64,000 bases of DNA, taken from NCBI GenBank assembly GCA_043824255.1, contig JBDRTG010000047.1, forward strand, positions 128,001-192,000, written 5' to 3'. The translations under genes and the position numbers were made by a program. The stretch is from a bacterium (lineage in GTDB: Bacteria > JAHJDO01). The notes under the pieces are model-generated. The model ran no database searches. It was not told the origin of the DNA and saw only the letters and a program-made list of their open reading frames with translations. Every line of letters begins with the position of its first letter. The stretch's first letter is position 1. This document shows, one piece after another, positions 57,697 to 64,000 of the stretch.

Positions 57697-60343
57697 TGAG
57701 TACCTTTATTATTCTTTTTGCTCTCATATCCCAGCTGTACTGCTTAACATCTTCATAAGCTTTTTGCGATAACTTGTTTGCAATCTCTTGATTATCAAGC
57801 AGTTCTTTAATTCCTCGCGCTAGATCTTTTGAGTCCCCCGGCTTAGCCAGCACAGCATTTTTATGGTCTATGAGTACCTCTCTTATTGTTGGGAGATCAG
57901 ATGCAACTATTGGTAATCCTGCTGCCATATACTCAAACATTTTCAGAGGAGACGTAAAGTATCTACTCATTACATTATCAGTCAATGGAATAACTCCAAC
58001 ATCTGCAGTCATTAAATATTGCCTTATGTGTTTATGAGAAACGAAGCCTTTAAATTGCACTCTGTTCTTTATTCCAATCTCTTCTGCAAGCTTCTTCAAT
58101 CTGAATATATCCTTTTCGTAAGAAAGCCCACCAACAATTGTCAGCGTAGCATCGGGTATTTCCCTTAATGCCTTTATCAGAATGTCAACTCCCTTCCATG
58201 GATATAATTGTCCAACATAGACTATATTTCTGCTACTTGGTCTCTTAGAAAAACCCCTCTCTGAAACATCGGGAATTAACGCTCCATCAGGTATTGTGGC
58301 AATTTTTCTAGAAATGCCAAGGTATTTCTGTATAGCATCCTTTAAACTCTCAGAAATTGCTATTAGTTTGTCTGCACTTATTAGAACTTCTCTTTCTCTT
58401 TTTGAGATTTTTCTCAATCTGTTCGCGTTAGGAGCAGTTCCATCAAATAGCAATTCCCCCCTTTCTTTTTGTTCCATGGACTGTATCGTATGCGCTTCAT
58501 ATAATAATTCGTATCTTAATAAATTTTTAAGTCTCAACAGATACCTTGCTATACCAATCTCACGCAAGTATATCTTTTTAACATTCTTAAATACTGAGAG
58601 ATAAAATATGGTTAAAAAACACAGGAAATAGAATGAGTAATTCCAAATAAGATGTACATGGATATTCAAAACGGGCAATCTGATTATATGTAAATTAGTG
58701 TGAGGCTTTAATCCATAAAATTCCAGGCACTCTTCAGTGGTTCTATTGTCCATTTTCCTTACTAACAAATATACTTTTACGCCTTTACTTGCCAGAGCAT
58801 AGCATGTATGCACTATTTGAATAGCATTTGCCCGCTCCATTGGAAACCTGATATTTGCCGGATAGATCAAGCATCCTTTGGATGCAATTTTTAATTTTGA
58901 ATTTTTAATTTTGAATTTCTTTATAAGCCACACAAGAAAAGCAGATACGAGTTTCATATCTTTTTTGATTTCCACAAACTTCCTGTATTTTTTAAATCTG
59001 CTAAGCATTCTTATAAAAGTAAATCGTTGTTTTCTTGAAACTTCAAAATTGAGTTCTCTCAATTCTTTAAAGCCCATCTGAGGCTGGATTAATGTAGGCA
59101 GCCTGGGATCTCTTCCTATGGTCGGATTCTGATATTCATAGAAGGATTCCGACCATGAAAAGTCATCTGGCAAATAACCGTTTTGCCTAGCAAAACGTTC
59201 CACTTCTGTTCCTGGATGAATACTCGTTCCGCCAGAAATCGCAATAATATCTACTATTCCTTCATATTTTTTGATAAGTTCAACAGTCTTTTTAGCCTCT
59301 TCATAAGTCTCCTCGGGTAATCCAAACATAAAAAATGCCTTGGTATGTATGCCAAACTCTCTAGTCCATTTAGCAACGCTGTCAAGCTGTGAAAGGTTTA
59401 TTCTTTTATTTATTCTGTCCAGCACCTTCTGGCTTCCGGATTCTACTCCAAAGGAAACATGTATACAGCCTGCTTCTCTCATATTTCTTAACAACTCCCT
59501 ATCTACTGTGTCCAATCTAATCTCACAGTACCATGTAATATCAAGCCTCCTTCTATTGAATTCTCTGATTAATCCATCTATATGTTTTCTATTTAAAGTC
59601 AGTGTATCATCAAAAAACCATATTGCCTTTATTCCATATTCTCCTTTTAGGTATTCTATTTCATCAACAACGTTTTCCGTCGTTCTGTATCTGTATTTAT
59701 TTCCCCACATAGCTCCTGCTGAGCAAAAAACGCACTTCATAGGGCAACCTCTAGCACTCATAACTGTAATCGCCGGAACGCCAAACAAACTGTTATCATA
59801 CTTCTTCATGTCAATAAGATGTCTCGCAGGCCAAGGCAGAGTATCCATGTTCTCAATTAATGGCCGATCGCCGTTGTGAAATATCTTTCCTTCTTTCCTG
59901 TACGAAATACCTGTTATATTTTCAAAACCAGTTTTTGCCTCTATTGCGCGAACAAGTTCCAGAAAAGTTACTTCCCCTTCCCCTCTAACTATAACATCTA
60001 TGGAAGAGATATTTTTTAATGTATCTTCTGCTGTAAAAGTTGCATGTGTCCCTCCATAGACCACTGTTGATGTCGGCAGAATTTTCTTTGCAATGTTTGC
60101 AGTCTCAAAACTATCAAACCTGTTCCATGTAGTGCCTGTAATGCCTACAATCTCCGGTTTTAAATCTATCAACTTCTTCTGTAATGCTCTCACTGAAAGA
60201 TTATCTAATTGACCATCAATAATCTTTACACCATAGCCATTTTCTTCTAAAACTCCTGCAATCATGGCTAATGCCAATGGGCACATTGAGGGCTTATACC
60301 CATGAAACTTTATTTCTGGTGGATTGATAAGGACTATATCCAT
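57683..60343 (-). CDS. Fusion of a cobalamin-binding radical SAM enzyme and a GT4 glycosyltransferase
   Basis: N half: VLINPP, GGTHAT, GEGE, SARGCPMKCVFC, FGVESGS. C half: YVGQLYPWKGVD, SPLKMFEYMAAGLPIVASD, YSW. One continuous ORF; ATG 60343. Confidence 0.9.
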   Translation of the reverse strand: MDIVLINPPEIKFHGYKPSMCPLALAMIAGVLEENGYGVKIIDGQLDNLSVRALQKKLIDLKPEIVGITGTTWNRFDSFETANIAKKILPTSTVVYGGTHATFTAEDTLKNISSIDVIVRGEGEVTFLELVRAIEAKTGFENITGISYRKEGKIFHNGDRPLIENMDTLPWPARHLIDMKKYDNSLFGVPAITVMSARGCPMKCVFCSAGAMWGNKYRYRTTENVVDEIEYLKGEYGIKAIWFFDDTLTLNRKHIDGLIREFNRRRLDITWYCEIRLDTVDRELLRNMREAGCIHVSFGVESGSQKVLDRINKRINLSQLDSVAKWTREFGIHTKAFFMFGLPEETYEEAKKTVELIKKYEGIVDIIAISGGTSIHPGTEVERFARQNGYLPDDFSWSESFYEYQNPTIGRDPRLPTLIQPQMGFKELRELNFEVSRKQRFTFIRMLSRFKKYRKFVEIKKDMKLVSAFLVWLIKKFKIKNSKLKIASKGCLIYPANIRFPMERANAIQIVHTCYALASKGVKVYLLVRKMDNRTTEECLEFYGLKPHTNLHIIRLPVLNIHVHLIWNYSFYFLCFLTIFYLSVFKNVKKIYLREIGIARYLLRLKNLLRYELLYEAHTIQSMEQKERGELLFDGTAPNANRLRKISKREREVLISADKLIAISESLKDAIQKYLGISRKIATIPDGALIPDVSERGFSKRPSSRNIVYVGQLYPWKGVDILIKALREIPDATLTIVGGLSYEKDIFRLKKLAEEIGIKNRVQFKGFVSHKHIRQYLMTADVGVIPLTDNVMSRYFTSPLKMFEYMAAGLPIVASDLPTIREVLIDHKNAVLAKPGDSKDLARGIKELLDNQEIANKLSQKAYEDVKQYSWDMRAKRIIKVLNDEN
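58871..58918 (-). repeat. Heptamer repeat (AATTTTT/AATTTTG)x4.7 plus a GCATCC-TTT-GGATGC hairpin at the radical SAM/GT4 junction
   Basis: Read directly from the sequence; encodes KFKIKNSKLKIASKGC. Confidence 0.85.
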
Positions 60344-60353
60344 AAATCTAAAC

Positions 60354-61661
60354 CTATATAAAAATAGTTCTCTTAAGCATTGATAACTCAATTAAAATTA
60401 TCACAACATACATTATCACGTAAGTAGTCGCCATACCAATGAGTCCCAGCCATGGAACCAGCAGAAATGATGCAAGAACAAGTGTAAACGCACCACTCAT
60501 GTTGCCAATTGTAGATATATATGGCTTTCCTACAGATAAAATTGTAGACCTCATCCAGCAGAATACATTGGACAGTATAATGGCAAATATCATTACTCGT
60601 ATTGCTGGCATTGAATTGAGATATACCGGTTTCCATATTCTAAAGATATATGGTCCTGCAATAACCATAATGACCGCCCCAGCGCAGGATACAAAGATCA
60701 TTACACTGCTTATTTTTCGTAATATTTTTTTATAGAGTGAAATATTTTTCTCTGCCCATAGAGAGGTTAAAGTTGGGTAAATAACTGTGCCAACAGGACC
60801 TGTCACAAATCCGAGTGTGTTGACATACGCAAGAGCTATTTTGTAATAGGCAACTATTTCCGGTGACTTAAAAAATCCTAACAGTACTACATCCATTTCT
60901 CTGATAACAGATTTAAAAGTAACAGAAATTGTTGTGTGAAAGGTAAACGGCAGAATTTTTTTCATCTCTGGAAGAATATTTGATGCCCTGATTCCCTTGA
61001 ATTGTGTCTTTATAAGCTTCAATACAACAACTGATAAACAAACTGTAGGTATAAAAGCTGCCAGAACATAACCAAACATTATATATTCTAAACCGAGCCC
61101 GACAAGACTGACAGGAAAAACGAACCTTGCAAATGCGCTTAATGCGTTGAATACACTCATTATCTTAAATTTTTTAAATGTTTGAATTATTGCAAGAGAG
61201 GTACCATTCACTGTTGAGAGAAGAGGAGACAAAGCATATATTTTTATTAGTCTTGAGGACACATGACCGTGAAATACCTTTTGCGCTACAATATCTCCAA
61301 TCAACATGATAATACAAAAACACAATATTCCTAAAAGCGTATCTACCAAATATCCTATTCTAATGATACTTAGAGCTTTATTCTTCTGGTTTTTTACGAG
61401 GTAATCTGTTGCAAACTTGGTAACTGCTTCCCCAATTCTAACATCAATAAGTTCACTTATTACAAGAACCACTGCCATTGCTTCAAACAACTGGCCATAC
61501 TCATTGGGAGATAACATCTTGCCAAGAATAAGAACTATCAATAGTCTGAAGATTTTTGTTGCAATATCACCTCCAAACATAAAACCAGTATTTTTGATCA
61601 ATGTTCTCTTAAGCTGATTCTGTCCTATGAATTTCAAAATGAATTTCTTCAGGTATTCCAT
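60354..61661 (-). CDS. Oligosaccharide flippase (Wzx/MOP superfamily)
   Basis: LIKNTGFMF, LSPNEYG, DVVLLG..VAYYKIA, IYPTL and LGLIGMA motifs; polytopic. Confidence 0.88.
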   Translation of the reverse strand: MEYLKKFILKFIGQNQLKRTLIKNTGFMFGGDIATKIFRLLIVLILGKMLSPNEYGQLFEAMAVVLVISELIDVRIGEAVTKFATDYLVKNQKNKALSIIRIGYLVDTLLGILCFCIIMLIGDIVAQKVFHGHVSSRLIKIYALSPLLSTVNGTSLAIIQTFKKFKIMSVFNALSAFARFVFPVSLVGLGLEYIMFGYVLAAFIPTVCLSVVVLKLIKTQFKGIRASNILPEMKKILPFTFHTTISVTFKSVIREMDVVLLGFFKSPEIVAYYKIALAYVNTLGFVTGPVGTVIYPTLTSLWAEKNISLYKKILRKISSVMIFVSCAGAVIMVIAGPYIFRIWKPVYLNSMPAIRVMIFAIILSNVFCWMRSTILSVGKPYISTIGNMSGAFTLVLASFLLVPWLGLIGMATTYVIMYVVIILIELSMLKRTIFI

Positions 61662-61669
61662 ATCATTGC

Positions 61670-61678
61670 ATTATAGCA
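61670..61678 (-). promoter_or_regulatory. Extended -10 promoter of the glycan operon, likely leaderless
   Basis: Minus strand TGCTATAAT ending 8 nt before ATG 61661. Confidence 0.5.
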
Positions 61679-61701
61679 GAAAAGAATTAAATTTCCATAA
61701 T

Positions 61702-61730
61702 TTGACAGCCAAATTAAGCGATGTTATATT
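61702..61730 (+). promoter_or_regulatory. Sigma70 promoter of the divergent GT-C/radical SAM genes
   Basis: TTGACA-17 bp-TATATT with a TG extension. Confidence 0.6.
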
Positions 61731-61753
61731 GACAAATATCTATCCGGGTATTT

Positions 61754-63142
61754 ATGAATGTTATAAAAGTCTACAAGATTGAACTTTTAATTTTTATTGT
61801 TCTTGTTATATCCTATGGCTACTTCTTCAGGAAAATTGACTGGAATAGTGGAACCAGGCTGGATCTGGTCTGGTCAATAGTTGAGCACCACTCACTTAGC
61901 ATTGATGCATATCACGAAAACACAGGGGATAAGGCATTATATAGGGGCCATTTTTATACGGATAAAGCTCCTGGCATTTCATTTCTTGGCGTGCCATTTT
62001 ATTTTGCAGTATCAAAGATCTTGAAATTTTGTAATTTCCCTTCAGCTCTAGCTGACTATATATTAAAAATCTATATTCCAATTTTTTTTGTAGTTATAAT
62101 CCCGTCAGCAATAATGGGAGTGATTTTTCACAGAGCAATCAACCTCTTCGTCAACAATACCGGTTTATGTGCTCTTGGAGCTATAAGCTATAGCCTCGGT
62201 ACTATTGCTTTTTTTTACTCAAACATGTTTTACGCACATCATGTTGCAGGTTTCCTTTTTTTTACAGCATTTTATATTTTAATTAAGAGTGCAAATATCA
62301 AAGAAATTAATAAATCTGAAGTTTTCTTGAGCGGCTCTTTATTAGGGCTAGCTATTTTGTGCGAATATCCTATGGGGGTTTTTGCTATATTTATTTTTGC
62401 TTATCTATTTATGGTTACCAAATCAATTAAAAAACTCATGTACCTAGCTCTTCCTGTATGTTTAGCCATTATAATACTGGGTATATATCACTATGCCTGC
62501 TTTGATAATCCTTTAAAAACAGGTTACAGCTATGAATACCTTCATTATTTCGCAAAACACCATGCTCAGGGAATTAGCGGCATCAAGCTTCCTAATTTGA
62601 ATAGAATTGTTAAGTTAACGTTCGGGCCAAAAAGGGGAATATTTATGACGTATCCTTTTCTACTGTTTGCTTTTCCAGGAGCTTATTTTGGGTTAAAAAG
62701 CAAAAAGAATAGAGAATTTCTCTTTTTTATTATTATTTCAGCAGCTGTGATATTATTCTATTCTTCATTTAAATTCTTTGCAGAGCGCTTTTTAATAACA
62801 GCCATTCCGTTTCTGTGTATTCTGGCGATATACGGAGTAGCAAAGCTAAAATCAAAAATATTAACATTAATTTTTACTACTCTGGTAGGGATATCTAGTA
62901 TTTTAATGCTATTTGCAACAGGAACAGATGTTTTTACACACCAGAAAGATACTATGTTTTATCATAATATATTTCATTGTTTATCGGACTCCAGTATATG
63001 TGTTTTTTTTGAAGCTAATTTATTCTCAATATTATTTAAAAAGACAGGGATGTTTGAATTTATACCCATTTTAACTATCTGGGTTACAGGTATAATAGTT
63101 TTTTGTAAAATCAACAGACAGACAAAAAAGCGGATAACATAG
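61754..63142 (+). CDS. Polytopic membrane protein, GT-C-like glycosyltransferase
   Basis: Periplasmic loop NSGTRLDL..D..YTDKAPG, then AILCEY, RGIF..YP and RFL motifs; many TM helices. Confidence 0.6.
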   Translation: MNVIKVYKIELLIFIVLVISYGYFFRKIDWNSGTRLDLVWSIVEHHSLSIDAYHENTGDKALYRGHFYTDKAPGISFLGVPFYFAVSKILKFCNFPSALADYILKIYIPIFFVVIIPSAIMGVIFHRAINLFVNNTGLCALGAISYSLGTIAFFYSNMFYAHHVAGFLFFTAFYILIKSANIKEINKSEVFLSGSLLGLAILCEYPMGVFAIFIFAYLFMVTKSIKKLMYLALPVCLAIIILGIYHYACFDNPLKTGYSYEYLHYFAKHHAQGISGIKLPNLNRIVKLTFGPKRGIFMTYPFLLFAFPGAYFGLKSKKNREFLFFIIISAAVILFYSSFKFFAERFLITAIPFLCILAIYGVAKLKSKILTLIFTTLVGISSILMLFATGTDVFTHQKDTMFYHNIFHCLSDSSICVFFEANLFSILFKKTGMFEFIPILTIWVTGIIVFCKINRQTKKRIT

Positions 63143-63144
63143 TT

Positions 63145-64000
63145 ATGTTCTTATTTTATCTCCTAAAAAGGCTTAAGAGCGCACTTCATAACATTAATCT
63201 CAATCGAAAATTAAAGATTATACATTCATGGGGAACAGGCAGAACCTTTCAATTCCCTGAGGAGATCTGTATTGAACTTACAAGAAGATGTAATCTCAGA
63301 TGCTCAATGTGTTATCAGCAACACAATCAGATTCGCGCTGAGGATGAGCTGTCCCTGGAAGAAATAAAAAATGCGTTCAACAAACTGAAACCAAAAACCG
63401 TGAGTCTTACTGGTGGAGAAATTTTTATTCGCAAGGACATTTTTGATATTCTAGATTACTTTGCTGATAAAGGAGTAACTGTTCAAAATTTAATAACAAA
63501 TGGTACACTAATAGATGAAGAAAAAGCCGCCCGTTTATCTAATCTTATTAAGCTTAGAGTAATACGTAATATTTCATTTTCCTTTGATGGGAAAGAGGAG
63601 ACACACGATATAATACGAAATTCCAAGGGTGCATTTAAACATGCATTTAATGGGGCTGAGAGACTTCTAAAGTTGCTTAAAGCCGTGCATGTAAGTACAG
63701 ATAAGTATATGCACGTTACTTCGGTAATTTCAAAAACTAATATGGAAAGTTTTGATGAATGTATCGAAGTTGTAAAAGAACTTGGGATAAAAAATATCGT
63801 ATTTAATCATCTTATATACAATACTCATGATGAGTTGGCGAGGTCTGCAAAGATGATTGGAAATTCCAATGTAGATCTATTTGATACATGTCCACAAGAA
63901 CAGAGTATTCCATTAGAGAAGATTTCGTTATTGGTGAATACCTGGCAAAAAGCTTTAAAGAAGGCTGGTGAATTCGGGATAAATATGTATTCACGGCCTA
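63145..64000 (+). CDS. Radical SAM protein, truncated by the window end and absent from the ORF track
   Basis: My translation from ATG 63145: MFLFYLLKRL...IELTRRCNLRCSMCYQ...LTGGEIF...LITNGTL...FSFDG. Confidence 0.88.
   Translation, partial: MFLFYLLKRLKSALHNINLNRKLKIIHSWGTGRTFQFPEEICIELTRRCNLRCSMCYQQHNQIRAEDELSLEEIKNAFNKLKPKTVSLTGGEIFIRKDIFDILDYFADKGVTVQNLITNGTLIDEEKAARLSNLIKLRVIRNISFSFDGKEETHDIIRNSKGAFKHAFNGAERLLKLLKAVHVSTDKYMHVTSVISKTNMESFDECIEVVKELGIKNIVFNHLIYNTHDELARSAKMIGNSNVDLFDTCPQEQSIPLEKISLLVNTWQKALKKAGEFGINMYSRP

Noticed and set aside
1..64000. CRISPR array, prophage, IS element or rRNA
   Set aside because: No repeat-spacer periodicity, cas, integrase, transposase, phage structural or rRNA signatures seen

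Overview
AT-rich chromosomal segment of a Gram-negative bacterium (waaA present). The gene content and intergenic hairpin/heptamer repeats suggest an uncultured, probably anaerobic, candidate-phylum lineage, but this is inference only. The backbone is housekeeping: ispG, proS, secA, pgsA-der-plsY-gpsA-merR-tRNA-Pro, queECF, waaA, dnaG-rpoD, an EF-G paralog-yebC-ruvCA, serS-hflKC and four tRNAs. Accessory blocks: (i) an AT-rich orphan PD-(D/E)XK nuclease-like gene beside a truncated Aas-type MFS gene; (ii) an MjaII/TdeIII-like R-M pair whose endonuclease appears to carry an in-frame deletion; (iii) a DeoR-led polyol dehydrogenase plus acetoin-dehydrogenase-like E1a/E1b/E2 operon with a 10-bp-periodic operator; (iv) galK plus a GH36-like gene where ruvB usually lies; (v) a >14 kb surface-glycan locus with a flippase, two cobalamin-dependent radical SAM enzymes (one fused to a GT4 glycosyltransferase), a third radical SAM, tandem FemAB-like acyltransferases, GT2s and GT-C membrane proteins. 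The glycan locus is the strongest candidate for an undescribed system. AAAATTC-type heptamer repeats lie in frame inside three proteins, including the radical SAM-GT4 fusion junction. No CRISPR array, rRNA, transposase or integrase was seen. All calls come from motif recognition by eye, with no database search.
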